Assembly (NCBI RefSeq): GCF_006345805.1
Contig: NC_043000.1
Coordinates: 131,998,001-132,062,000 of the forward strand
DNA: 64,000 bases
DNA from: Octopus sinensis
Taxonomy: Eukaryota
Direction: 5' to 3'
Positions 13,625-28,100 of this stretch are shown here, piece after piece. The position numbers and the translations under genes are program-made. The stretch's first letter is position 1; the number at the start of each line of letters is the position of its first letter. The notes under the pieces were generated by a model. It was not told the DNA's origin and ran no database searches. It worked only from the letters and a program-made list of their open reading frames with translations.

Positions 13625-13999
13625 TGCGTAGGAGTGGCTGTGTGGTGAGCAGCTTGCTTACCAACCACATGACCCTGCGTGGTACCTTGGGCAAGTGTCT
13701 TCTACTATAGCCTCGGGCTGACCAAAGCCTTGTGAGTGGATTTGGTAGATGGAAACTGAAAGAAGCTCGTCATATATATATATATATGTGTGTGTGTGTG
13801 TCTGTGTTTGTCCCCTCCCCCCCCCCAACATCTCTTGACAACTGATACTGGTGTGTTTACATCCCCGTAACTTAGCAGTTCGGAAAAAGAGACTGATAGA
13901 ATAAGTACTAGGCTTACAAAGAATAAGCTCTGGGGTCGATTTGCTCAACTAAAGGTGGTGTTCCAGCATGGCCATAGTCAAATGACTGAAACAAGTAAA
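13625..13999 (+). mobile_element. SINE family A
   Basis: Colinear with 3943-4330, with a deletion over the B-box region. Confidence 0.8.
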
Positions 14000-14019
14000 T
14001 GTGTAATTAAGTTTTTATA

Positions 14020-14620
14020 TCATATCCTTTAAAATAGTCACCTTGTGCAGCAATACACCTGTCCCAGTGCTCCTGCCACTTTTGGAATCAGGCCTGGAGG
14101 TCATTTTCTATAAGCAAGTCAAGGACCTGCAATTCACTCTGGATCTTGACAGTGATGTTAAAACAGCGACCTTTGAGCTGCAGTTTCATCTTGGGGGAAG
14201 AGATGGAAGACCGCTGGTTATAAATTTGGCAAATAGGGTGGGTACAAGAGCGATACCATGTTTTTGATGAGAAACTCACAAGTGAGGAGATCTTGGTGAT
14301 GGTGGATTGTTGTTGTGAAGAATCTAATCGTGCTCCACAGATCCTGTCACTTTTGATGAATGTCCTTCTACAGACGCTTCAAAATGTTGCAGTAGAACTC
14401 TCAATTGATAGTCTGGCCCTGTGGGAGGAATTCTTGATGCATGATACCACATTTCTAGGGATGACGCCTTTTGCAGGTCTTCCAGGAACATTCCTCTTTT
14501 GAAATGCCTGTGCCACTCAAGACATTGCCTTGTCACTAAGCAGACTTACCAAGTTTAACACAAAATTTCACATTGGCTCTTTGTTCCAACTTCCTGTTCA
14601 TGACAAAATTGCAGACTACA
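14020..14620 (-). mobile_element. Internally deleted mariner transposon relic
   Basis: CLEWHRHFKRG..LED (HTH region) is joined near 14450 to HQEFLPQGQTIN...FPKMKLQLKGRCF...WDRCIAAQGDYF (catalytic C-terminus); stops present. Confidence 0.75.
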
Positions 14621-14769
14621 GCTTACACATGATCATAAAAAAAAACAAATTTTACAACTTGCAAAGTAAAAACAGTGGTGTCACTCAGCATATTGCCTTA
14701 TGAAGGTCACTGCTAGCTCTCTCTCTGCATGCAACTGTGTACTGCCATCATATATATATGCCTGTCATT

Positions 14770-15397
14770 TTCATCATCATCATCATCATCGTTTAACATC
14801 CATTTTCCATGCCAGCATGGGTTGGACGGTTCAACCGGGGTCTGGGAAACGAGGAGATTGCTCTAGGCTCCAGTCTGATCGGCAGTGTTTCTACAGCTAG
14901 ATGCCCTTCATAACGCCAACCACTCCGTGAGTGTAGTGGGTGCTTTTATGTGCCACCAGCACAGGGGCCAGAGGAGGCTGGCAATGGCCACGATCGGTCG
15001 GTGCTTTTTATGTGCCACCGGCACAGACGCTGGCATGTTCGGATGGTGCTTTTGACATGCCACTGGCACTGGTGTCACAACTACAATTTCCATTTGATTT
15101 TTATTTTGTTGTTGATGTACTTGACTCAATAGGTCTCCTTAAGCACAGCAGGTTGCCCTACGATCCAAGGTAAGCACAGCAGGCCGTCCTGCAAGCCATG
15201 AACTCACTTCATTTGTCGGGTCTTCGTAGTCACAGCATATTTCCAGAGGTCTCAGGCTTTCATCATTGCTTCTGTCAGGCCCAACTTTCGAAGGTCATGC
15301 TTGACCACCTCATCCCATGTCTTCCTTGGTCTACCTCTACCCCGGATTCCTTCAACTATTTGGGAGTGGCACTTCACACATCTCACCTCTTCCATCC
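14770..15397 (-). mobile_element. RTE 3' fragment, same family as 49160-50462
   Basis: GRGRPRKTWDEVVKHDLRKLGLTEAM plus homologous 3' UTR and (TGA)n tail. Confidence 0.85.
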
Positions 15398-15793
15398 GAT
15401 ATATATATATATACATACACAAAATGATGGGCTTCTTTTTGTTTCCATCAACCAAATCCACTCACAAGGCTTTAGTTGAAGACACTTGCCCAAGTTTTCC
15501 ACACAGTGGGACTGAACTCTGGACGATGTGGTTGGGAATACAATATGCAGTTTTTAAATAATTTCTGTTAAAGCTTCAAATTCTACATGCATATTCACGG
15601 ATACACTGTTTAACATCATCATCAGGGTTGGACGGTTTGACCAGAGCTGGCAACTTGGAGAGCTGCACCAGACTCCAATCTGATTTGGTATGGTTTCTAA
15701 CGCTGGATATGCCTTTCCTAATGCCAACCACCTTACAGAGCATGCTGGATGCTTTTTGTGGCATAGTACAAGCACTTTTATATGGCACTGGCA

Positions 15794-16191
15794 TACTCTT
15801 TCACTTGTTTCAGTCATTTGACTGTGGCCATGCTGGAGCACTGCTTTTAGTCAAAGAAATCAACCCCAGGACTTATTCTTTGTAAGCCTAGTACTTACTC
15901 TATTGGTCTCTTTTGCCAAAGTGACAGGGAACGTAAACACACCAGCATCGGTTGTCAAGCAATGTTGAGGGACAAACACTGACACACAAACATATACACA
16001 CACATACATACATATTTATATACATATATACGATGGGCTTCTTTCAGTTTCCGTCTACCCAATCCACTCACTTTGGTCAACCCAAAGCTATAGTAGAAGA
16101 CACTTGGCCAAGATGCCACGCAGTGGGACTAAACCCGGAACCATGTGGTTGGTAAGCAAGCTACTTACCACACAGCCACTCCTGTGCCTAT
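15794..16191 (-). mobile_element. tRNA-derived SINE whose 5' head seeds the satellite
   Basis: Body, internal TA/CA microsatellite and AAGAGTA tail match other copies (e.g. 3943-4330). B-box-like GGGTTTAGTCCC near 16125-16137. The head runs directly into the array. Confidence 0.9.
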
Positions 16192-19100
16192 AGCAAGCTA
16201 CTTACCACACAGCCACTCCTGTGCCTATAGCAAGCTACTTACCACACAGCCACTCCTGTGCCTATAGCAAGCTACTTACCACACAGCCACTCCTGTGCCT
16301 ATAGCAAGCTACTTACCACACAGCCACTCCTGTGCCTATAGCAAGCTACTTACCACACAGCCACTCCTGTGCCTATAGCAAGCTACTTACCACACAGCCA
16401 CTCCTGTGCCTATAGCAAGCTACTTACCACACAGCCACTCCTGTGCCTATAGCAAGCTACTTACCACACAGCCACTCCTGTGCCTATAGCAAGCTACTTA
16501 CCACACAGCCACTCCTGTGCCTATAGCAAGCTACTTACCACACAGCCACTCCTGTGCCTATAGCAAGCTACTTACCACACAGCCACTCCTGTGCCTATAG
16601 CAAGCTACTTACCACACAGCCACTCCTGTGCCTATAGCAAGCTACTTACCACACAGCCACTCCTGTGCCTATAGCAAGCTACTTACCACACAGCCACTCC
16701 TGTGCCTATAGCAAGCTACTTACCACACAGCCACTCCTGTGCCTATAGCAAGCTACTTACCACACAGCCACTCCTGTGCCTATAGCAAGCTACTTACCAC
16801 ACAGCCACTCCTGTGCCTATAGCAAGCTACTTACCACACAGCCACTCCTGTGCCTATAGCAAGCTACTTACCACACAGCCTCTCCTTCGCCTATAGCAAG
16901 CTACTTACCACACAGCCACTCCTGTGCCTATAGCAAGCTACTTACCACACAGCCACTCCTGTGCCTATAGCAAGCTACTTACCACACAGCCACTCCTGTG
17001 CCTATAGCAAGCTACTTACCACACAGCCACTCCTGTGCCTATAGCAAGCTACTTACCACACAGCCACTCCTGTGCCTATAGCAAGCTACTTACCACACAG
17101 CCACTCCTGTGCCTATAGCAAGCTACTTACCACACAGCCACTCCTTCGCCTATAGCAAGCTACTTACCACACAGCCACTCCTGTGCCTATAGCAAGCTAC
17201 TTACCACACAGCCACTCCTGTGCCTATAGCAAGCTACTTACCACACAGCCACTCCTGTGCCTATAGCAAGCTACTTACCACACAGCCACTCCTGTGCCTA
17301 TAGCAAGCTACTTACCACACAGCCACTCCTGTGCCTATAGCAAGCTACTTACCACACAGCCACTCCTGTGCCTATAGCAAGCTACTTACCACACAGCCAC
17401 TCCTGTGCCTATAGCAAGCTACTTACCACACAGCCACTCCTGTGCCTATAGCAAGCTACTTACCACACAGCCACTCCTGTGCCTATAGCAAGCTACTTAC
17501 CACACAGCCACTCCTGTGCCTATAGCAAGCTACTTACCACACAGCCACTCCTGTGCCTATAGCAAGCTACTTACCACACAGCCACTCCTGTGCCTATAGC
17601 AAGCTACTTACCACACAGCCACTCCTGTGCCTATAGCAAGCTACTTACCACACAGCCACTCCTGTGCCTATAGCAAGCTACTTACCACACAGCCACTCCT
17701 GTGCCTATAGCAAGCTACTTACCACACAGCCACTCCTGTGCCTATAGCAAGCTACTTACCACACAGCCACTCCTGTGCCTATAGCAAGCTACTTACCACA
17801 CAGCCACTCCTGTGCCTATAGCAAGCTACTTACCACACAGCCACTCCTGTGCCTATAGCAAGCTACTTACCACACAGCCACTCCTGTGCCTATAGCAAGC
17901 TACTTACCACACAGCCACTCCTGTGCCTATAGCAAGCTACTTACCACACAGCCACTCCTGTGCCTATAGCAAGCTACTTACCACACAGCCACTCCTGTGC
18001 CTATAGCAAGCTACTTACCACACAGCCACTCCTTCGCCTATAGCAAGCTACTTACCACACAGCCACTCCTGTGCCTATAGCAAGCTACTTACCACACAGC
18101 CACTCCTGTGCCTATAGCAAGCTACTTACCACACAGCCACTCCTGTGCCTATAGCAAGCTACTTACCACACAGCCACTCCTGTGCCTATAGCAAGCTACT
18201 TACCACACAGCCACTCCTGTGCCTATAGCAAGCTACTTACCACACAGCCACTCCTGTGCCTATAGCAAGCTACTTACCACACAGCCACTCCTGTGCCTAT
18301 AGCAAGCTACTTACCACACAGCCACTCCTGTGCCTATAGCAAGCTACTTACCACACAGCCACTCCTGTGCCTATAGCAAGCTACTTACCACACAGCCACT
18401 CCTGTGCCTATAGCAAGCTACTTACCACACAGCCACTCCTGTGCCTATAGCAAGCTACTTACCACACAGCCACTCCTGTGCCTATAGCAAGCTACTTACC
18501 ACACAGCCACTCCTGTGCCTATAGCAAGCTACTTACCACACAGCCACTCCTGTGCCTATAGCAAGCTACTTACCACACAGCCACTCCTGTGCCTATAGCA
18601 AGCTACTTACCACACAGCCACTCCTGTGCCTATAGCAAGCTACTTACCACACAGCCACTCCTGTGCCTATAGCAAGCTACTTACCACACAGCCACTCCTG
18701 TGCCTATAGCAAGCTACTTACCACACAGCCACTCCTGTGCCTATAGCAAGCTACTTACCACACAGCCACTCCTGTGCCTATAGCAAGCTACTTACCACAC
18801 AGCCACTCCTGTGCCTATAGCAAGCTACTTACCACACAGCCACTCCTGTGCCTATAGCAAGCTACTTACCACACAGCCACTCCTGTGCCTATAGCAAGCT
18901 ACTTACCACACAGCCACTCCTGTGCCTATAGCAAGCTACTTACCACACAGCCACTCCTGTGCCTATAGCAAGCTACTTACCACACAGCCACTCCTGTGCC
19001 TATAGCAAGCTACTTACCACACAGCCACTCCTGTGCCTATAGCAAGCTACTTACCACACAGCCACTCCTGTGCCTATAGCAAGCTACTTACCACACAGCC

Positions 19101-22100
19101 ACTCCTGTGCCTATAGCAAGCTACTTACCACACAGCCACTCCTGTGCCTATAGCAAGCTACTTACCACACAGCCACTCCTGTGCCTATAGCAAGCTACTT
19201 ACCACACAGCCACTCCTGTGCCTATAGCAAGCTACTTACCACACAGCCACTCCTGTGCCTATAGCAAGCTACTTACCACACAGCCACTCCTGTGCCTATA
19301 GCAAGCTACTTACCACACAGCCACTCCTGTGCCTATAGCAAGCTACTTACCACACAGCCACTCCTGTGCCTATAGCAAGCTACTTACCACACAGCCACTC
19401 CTGTGCCTATAGCAAGCTACTTACCACACAGCCACTCCTGTGCCTATAGCAAGCTACTTACCACACAGCCACTCCTGTGCCTATAGCAAGCTACTTACCA
19501 CACAGCCACTCCTGTGCCTATAGCAAGCTACTTACCACACAGCCACTCCTGTGCCTATAGCAAGCTACTTACCACACAGCCACTCCTGTGCCTATAGCAA
19601 GCTACTTACCACACAGCCACTCCTGTGCCTATAGCAAGCTACTTACCACACAGCCACTCCTGTGCCTATAGCAAGCTACTTACCACACAGCCACTCCTGT
19701 GCCTATAGCAAGCTACTTACCACACAGCCACTCCTGTGCCTATAGCAAGCTACTTACCACACAGCCACTCCTGTGCCTATAGCAAGCTACTTACCACACA
19801 GCCACTCCTGTGCCTATAGCAAGCTACTTACCACACAGCCACTCCTGTGCCTATAGCAAGCTACTTACCACACAGCCACTCCTGTGCCTATAGCAAGCTA
19901 CTTACCACACAGCCACTCCTGTGCCTATAGCAAGCTACTTACCACACAGCCACTCCTGTGCCTATAGCAAGCTACTTACCACACAGCCACTCCTGTGCCT
20001 ATAGCAAGCTACTTACCACACAGCCACTCCTGTGCCTATAGCAAGCTACTTACCACACAGCCACTCCTGTGCCTATAGCAAGCTACTTACCACACAGCCA
20101 CTCCTGTGCCTATAGCAAGCTACTTACCACACAGCCACTCCTGTGCCTATAGCAAGCTACTTACCACACAGCCACTCCTGTGCCTATAGCAAGCTACTTA
20201 CCACACAGCCACTCCTGTGCCTATAGCAAGCTACTTACCACACAGCCACTCCTGTGCCTATAGCAAGCTACTTACCACACAGCCACTCCTGTGCCTATAG
20301 CAAGCTACTTACCACACAGCCACTCCTGTGCCTATAGCAAGCTACTTACCACACAGCCACTCCTGTGCCTATAGCAAGCTACTTACCACACAGCCACTCC
20401 TGTGCCTATAGCAAGCTACTTACCACACAGCCACTCCTGTGCCTATAGCAAGCTACTTACCACACAGCCACTCCTGTGCCTATAGCAAGCTACTTACCAC
20501 ACAGCCACTCCTGTGCCTATAGCAAGCTACTTACCACACAGCCACTCCTGTGCCTATAGCAAGCTACTTACCACACAGCCACTCCTGTGCCTATAGCAAG
20601 CTACTTACCACACAGCCACTCCTGTGCCTATAGCAAGCTACTTACCACACAGCCACTCCTGTGCCTATAGCAAGCTACTTACCACACAGCCACTCCTGTG
20701 CCTATAGCAAGCTACTTACCACACAGCCACTCCTGTGCCTATAGCAAGCTACTTACCACACAGCCACTCCTGTGCCTATAGCAAGCTACTTACCACACAG
20801 CCACTCCTGTGCCTATAGCAAGCTACTTACCACACAGCCACTCCTGTGCCTATAGCAAGCTACTTACCACACAGCCACTCCTGTGCCTATAGCAAGCTAC
20901 TTACCACACAGCCACTCCTGTGCCTATAGCAAGCTACTTACCACACAGCCACTCCTGTGCCTATAGCAAGCTACTTACCACACAGCCACTCCTGTGCCTA
21001 TAGCAAGCTACTTACCACACAGCCACTCCTGTGCCTATAGCAAGCTACTTACCACACAGCCACTCCTGTGCCTATAGCAAGCTACTTACCACACAGCCAC
21101 TCCTGTGCCTATAGCAAGCTACTTACCACACAGCCACTCCTGTGCCTATAGCAAGCTACTTACCACACAGCCACTCCTGTGCCTATAGCAAGCTACTTAC
21201 CACACAGCCACTCCTGTGCCTATAGCAAGCTACTTACCACACAGCCACTCCTGTGCCTATAGCAAGCTACTTACCACACAGCCACTCCTGTGCCTATAGC
21301 AAGCTACTTACCACACAGCCACTCCTGTGCCTATAGCAAGCTACTTACCACACAGCCACTCCTGTGCCTATAGCAAGCTACTTACCACACAGCCACTCCT
21401 GTGCCTATAGCAAGCTACTTACCACACAGCCACTCCTGTGCCTATAGCAAGCTACTTACCACACAGCCACTCCTGTGCCTATAGCAAGCTACTTACCACA
21501 CAGCCACTCCTGTGCCTATAGCAAGCTACTTACCACACAGCCACTCCTGTGCCTATAGCAAGCTACTTACCACACAGCCACTCCTGTGCCTATAGCAAGC
21601 TACTTACCACACAGCCACTCCTGTGCCTATAGCAAGCTACTTACCACACAGCCACTCCTGTGCCTATAGCAAGCTACTTACCACACAGCCACTCCTGTGC
21701 CTATAGCAAGCTACTTACCACACAGCCACTCCTGTGCCTATAGCAAGCTACTTACCACACAGCCACTCCTGTGCCTATAGCAAGCTACTTACCACACAGC
21801 CACTCCTGTGCCTATAGCAAGCTACTTACCACACAGCCACTCCTGTGCCTATAGCAAGCTACTTACCACACAGCCACTCCTGTGCCTATAGCAAGCTACT
21901 TACCACACAGCCACTCCTGTGCCTATAGCAAGCTACTTACCACACAGCCACTCCTGTGCCTATAGCAAGCTACTTACCACACAGCCACTCCTGTGCCTAT
22001 AGCAAGCTACTTACCACACAGCCACTCCTGTGCCTATAGCAAGCTACTTACCACACAGCCACTCCTGTGCCTATAGCAAGCTACTTACCACACAGCCACT

Positions 22101-25100
22101 CCTGTGCCTATAGCAAGCTACTTACCACACAGCCACTCCTGTGCCTATAGCAAGCTACTTACCACACAGCCACTCCTGTGCCTATAGCAAGCTACTTACC
22201 ACACAGCCACTCCTGTGCCTATAGCAAGCTACTTACCACACAGCCACTCCTGTGCCTATAGCAAGCTACTTACCACACAGCCACTCCTGTGCCTATAGCA
22301 AGCTACTTACCACACAGCCACTCCTGTGCCTATAGCAAGCTACTTACCACACAGCCACTCCTGTGCCTATAGCAAGCTACTTACCACACAGCCACTCCTG
22401 TGCCTATAGCAAGCTACTTACCACACAGCCACTCCTGTGCCTATAGCAAGCTACTTACCACACAGCCACTCCTGTGCCTATAGCAAGCTACTTACCACAC
22501 AGCCACTCCTGTGCCTATAGCAAGCTACTTACCACACAGCCACTCCTTCGCCTATAGCAAGCTACTTACCACACAGCCACTCCTGTGCCTATAGCAAGCT
22601 ACTTACCACACAGCCACTCCTGTGCCTATAGCAAGCTACTTACCACACAGCCACTCCTGTGCCTATAGCAAGCTACTTACCACACAGCCACTCCTGTGCC
22701 TATAGCAAGCTACTTACCACACAGCCACTCCTGTGCCTATAGCAAGCTACTTACCACACAGCCACTCCTGTGCCTATAGCAAGCTACTTACCACACAGCC
22801 ACTCCTGTGCCTATAGCAAGCTACTTACCACACAGCCACTCCTGTGCCTATAGCAAGCTACTTACCACACAGCCACTCCTGTGCCTATAGCAAGCTACTT
22901 ACCACACAGCCACTCCTGTGCCTATAGCAAGCTACTTACCACACAGCCACTCCTGTGCCTATAGCAAGCTACTTACCACACAGCCACTCCTGTGCCTATA
23001 GCAAGCTACTTACCACACAGCCACTCCTGTGCCTATAGCAAGCTACTTACCACACAGCCACTCCTGTGCCTATAGCAAGCTACTTACCACACAGCCACTC
23101 CTGTGCCTATAGCAAGCTACTTACCACACAGCCACTCCTGTGCCTATAGCAAGCTACTTACCACACAGCCACTCCTGTGCCTATAGCAAGCTACTTACCA
23201 CACAGCCACTCCTGTGCCTATAGCAAGCTACTTACCACACAGCCACTCCTGTGCCTATAGCAAGCTACTTACCACACAGCCACTCCTGTGCCTATAGCAA
23301 GCTACTTACCACACAGCCACTCCTGTGCCTATAGCAAGCTACTTACCACACAGCCACTCCTGTGCCTATAGCAAGCTACTTACCACACAGCCACTCCTGT
23401 GCCTATAGCAAGCTACTTACCACACAGCCACTCCTGTGCCTATAGCAAGCTACTTACCACACAGCCACTCCTGTGCCTATAGCAAGCTACTTACCACACA
23501 GCCACTCCTGTGCCTATAGCAAGCTACTTACCACACAGCCACTCCTGTGCCTATAGCAAGCTACTTACCACACAGCCACTCCTGTGCCTATAGCAAGCTA
23601 CTTACCACACAGCCACTCCTGTGCCTATAGCAAGCTACTTACCACACAGCCACTCCTGTGCCTATAGCAAGCTACTTACCACACAGCCACTCCTGTGCCT
23701 ATAGCAAGCTACTTACCACACAGCCACTCCTGTGCCTATAGCAAGCTACTTACCACACAGCCACTCCTGTGCCTATAGCAAGCTACTTACCACACAGCCA
23801 CTCCTGTGCCTATAGCAAGCTACTTACCACACAGCCACTCCTGTGCCTATAGCAAGCTACTTACCACACAGCCACTCCTGTGCCTATAGCAAGCTACTTA
23901 CCACACAGCCACTCCTGTGCCTATAGCAAGCTACTTACCACACAGCCACTCCTGTGCCTATAGCAAGCTACTTACCACACAGCCACTCCTGTGCCTATAG
24001 CAAGCTACTTACCACACAGCCACTCCTGTGCCTATAGCAAGCTACTTACCACACAGCCACTCCTGTGCCTATAGCAAGCTACTTACCACACAGCCACTCC
24101 TGTGCCTATAGCAAGCTACTTACCACACAGCCACTCCTGTGCCTATAGCAAGCTACTTACCACACAGCCACTCCTGTGCCTATAGCAAGCTACTTACCAC
24201 ACAGCCACTCCTGTGCCTATAGCAAGCTACTTACCACACAGCCACTCCTGTGCCTATAGCAAGCTACTTACCACACAGCCACTCCTGTGCCTATAGCAAG
24301 CTACTTACCACACAGCCACTCCTGTGCCTATAGCAAGCTACTTACCACACAGCCACTCCTGTGCCTATAGCAAGCTACTTACCACACAGCCACTCCTGTG
24401 CCTATAGCAAGCTACTTACCACACAGCCACTCCTTCGCCTATAGCAAGCTACTTACCACACAGCCACTCCTGTGCCTATAGCAAGCTACTTACCACACAG
24501 CCACTCCTGTGCCTATAGCAAGCTACTTACCACACAGCCACTCCTGTGCCTATAGCAAGCTACTTACCACACAGCCACTCCTGTGCCTATAGCAAGCTAC
24601 TTACCACACAGCCACTCCTGTGCCTATAGCAAGCTACTTACCACACAGCCACTCCTGTGCCTATAGCAAGCTACTTACCACACAGCCACTCCTGTGCCTA
24701 TAGCAAGCTACTTACCACACAGCCACTCCTGTGCCTATAGCAAGCTACTTACCACACAGCCACTCCTGTGCCTATAGCAAGCTACTTACCACACAGCCAC
24801 TCCTGTGCCTATAGCAAGCTACTTACCACACAGCCACTCCTGTGCCTATAGCAAGCTACTTACCACACAGCCACTCCTGTGCCTATAGCAAGCTACTTAC
24901 CACACAGCCACTCCTGTGCCTATAGCAAGCTACTTACCACACAGCCACTCCTGTGCCTATAGCAAGCTACTTACCACACAGCCACTCCTGTGCCTATAGC
25001 AAGCTACTTACCACACAGCCACTCCTGTGCCTATAGCAAGCTACTTACCACACAGCCACTCCTGTGCCTATAGCAAGCTACTTACCACACAGCCACTCCT

Positions 25101-28100
25101 GTGCCTATAGCAAGCTACTTACCACACAGCCACTCCTGTGCCTATAGCAAGCTACTTACCACACAGCCACTCCTGTGCCTATAGCAAGCTACTTACCACA
25201 CAGCCACTCCTGTGCCTATAGCAAGCTACTTACCACACAGCCACTCCTGTGCCTATAGCAAGCTACTTACCACACAGCCACTCCTGTGCCTATAGCAAGC
25301 TACTTACCACACAGCCACTCCTGTGCCTATAGCAAGCTACTTACCACACAGCCACTCCTGTGCCTATAGCAAGCTACTTACCACACAGCCACTCCTGTGC
25401 CTATAGCAAGCTACTTACCACACAGCCACTCCTGTGCCTATAGCAAGCTACTTACCACACAGCCACTCCTGTGCCTATAGCAAGCTACTTACCACACAGC
25501 CACTCCTGTGCCTATAGCAAGCTACTTACCACACAGCCACTCCTGTGCCTATAGCAAGCTACTTACCACACAGCCACTCCTGTGCCTATAGCAAGCTACT
25601 TACCACACAGCCACTCCTGTGCCTATAGCAAGCTACTTACCACACAGCCACTCCTGTGCCTATAGCAAGCTACTTACCACACAGCCACTCCTGTGCCTAT
25701 AGCAAGCTACTTACCACACAGCCACTCCTGTGCCTATAGCAAGCTACTTACCACACAGCCACTCCTGTGCCTATAGCAAGCTACTTACCACACAGCCACT
25801 CCTGTGCCTATAGCAAGCTACTTACCACACAGCCACTCCTGTGCCTATAGCAAGCTACTTACCACACAGCCACTCCTGTGCCTATAGCAAGCTACTTACC
25901 ACACAGCCACTCCTGTGCCTATAGCAAGCTACTTACCACACAGCCACTCCTGTGCCTATAGCAAGCTACTTACCACACAGCCACTCCTGTGCCTATAGCA
26001 AGCTACTTACCACACAGCCACTCCTGTGCCTATAGCAAGCTACTTACCACACAGCCACTCCTGTGCCTATAGCAAGCTACTTACCACACAGCCACTCCTG
26101 TGCCTATAGCAAGCTACTTACCACACAGCCACTCCTGTGCCTATAGCAAGCTACTTACCACACAGCCACTCCTGTGCCTATAGCAAGCTACTTACCACAC
26201 AGCCACTCCTGTGCCTATAGCAAGCTACTTACCACACAGCCACTCCTGTGCCTATAGCAAGCTACTTACCACACAGCCACTCCTGTGCCTATAGCAAGCT
26301 ACTTACCACACAGCCACTCCTGTGCCTATAGCAAGCTACTTACCACACAGCCACTCCTGTGCCTATAGCAAGCTACTTACCACACAGCCACTCCTGTGCC
26401 TATAGCAAGCTACTTACCACACAGCCACTCCTGTGCCTATAGCAAGCTACTTACCACACAGCCACTCCTGTGCCTATAGCAAGCTACTTACCACACAGCC
26501 ACTCCTGTGCCTATAGCAAGCTACTTACCACACAGCCACTCCTGTGCCTATAGCAAGCTACTTACCACACAGCCACTCCTGTGCCTATAGCAAGCTACTT
26601 ACCACACAGCCACTCCTGTGCCTATAGCAAGCTACTTACCACACAGCCACTCCTGTGCCTATAGCAAGCTACTTACCACACAGCCACTCCTGTGCCTATA
26701 GCAAGCTACTTACCACACAGCCACTCCTGTGCCTATAGCAAGCTACTTACCACACAGCCACTCCTGTGCCTATAGCAAGCTACTTACCACACAGCCACTC
26801 CTGTGCCTATAGCAAGCTACTTACCACACAGCCACTCCTGTGCCTATAGCAAGCTACTTACCACACAGCCACTCCTGTGCCTATAGCAAGCTACTTACCA
26901 CACAGCCACTCCTGTGCCTATAGCAAGCTACTTACCACACAGCCACTCCTGTGCCTATAGCAAGCTACTTACACCACAGCCACTCCTGTGCCTATAGCAA
27001 GCTACTTACCACACAGCCACTCCTGTGCCTATAGCAAGCTACTTACCACACAGCCACTCCTGTGCCTATAGCAAGCTACTTACCACACAGCCACTCCTGT
27101 GCCTATAGCAAGCTACTTACCACACAGCCACTCCTGTGCCTATAGCAAGCTACTTACCACACAGCCACTCCTGTGCCTATAGCAAGCTACTTACCACACA
27201 GCCACTCCTGTGCCTATAGCAAGCTACTTACCACACAGCCACTCCTGTGCCTATAGCAAGCTACTTACCACACAGCCACTCCTGTGCCTATAGCAAGCTA
27301 CTTACCACACAGCCACTCCTGTGCCTATAGCAAGCTACTTACCACACAGCCACTCCTGTGCCTATAGCAAGCTACTTACCACACAGCCACTCCTGTGCCT
27401 ATAGCAAGCTACTTACCACACAGCCACTCCTGTGCCTATAGCAAGCTACTTACCACACAGCCACTCCTGTGCCTATAGCAAGCTACTTACCACACAGCCA
27501 CTCCTGTGCCTATAGCAAGCTACTTACCACACAGCCACTCCTGTGCCTATAGCAAGCTACTTACCACACAGCCACTCCTGTGCCTATAGCAAGCTACTTA
27601 CCACACAGCCACTCCTGTGCCTATAGCAAGCTACTTACCACACAGCCACTCCTGTGCCTATAGCAAGCTACTTACCACACAGCCACTCCTGTGCCTATAG
27701 CAAGCTACTTACCACACAGCCACTCCTGTGCCTATAGCAAGCTACTTACCACACAGCCACTCCTGTGCCTATAGCAAGCTACTTACCACACAGCCACTCC
27801 TGTGCCTATAGCAAGCTACTTACCACACAGCCACTCCTGTGCCTATAGCAAGCTACTTACCACACAGCCACTCCTGTGCCTATAGCAAGCTACTTACCAC
27901 ACAGCCACTCCTGTGCCTATAGCAAGCTACTTACCACACAGCCACTCCTGTGCCTATAGCAAGCTACTTACCACACAGCCACTCCTGTGCCTATAGCAAG
28001 CTACTTACCACACAGCCACTCCTGTGCCTATAGCAAGCTACTTACCACACAGCCACTCCTGTGCCTATAGCAAGCTACTTACCACACAGCCACTCCTGTG

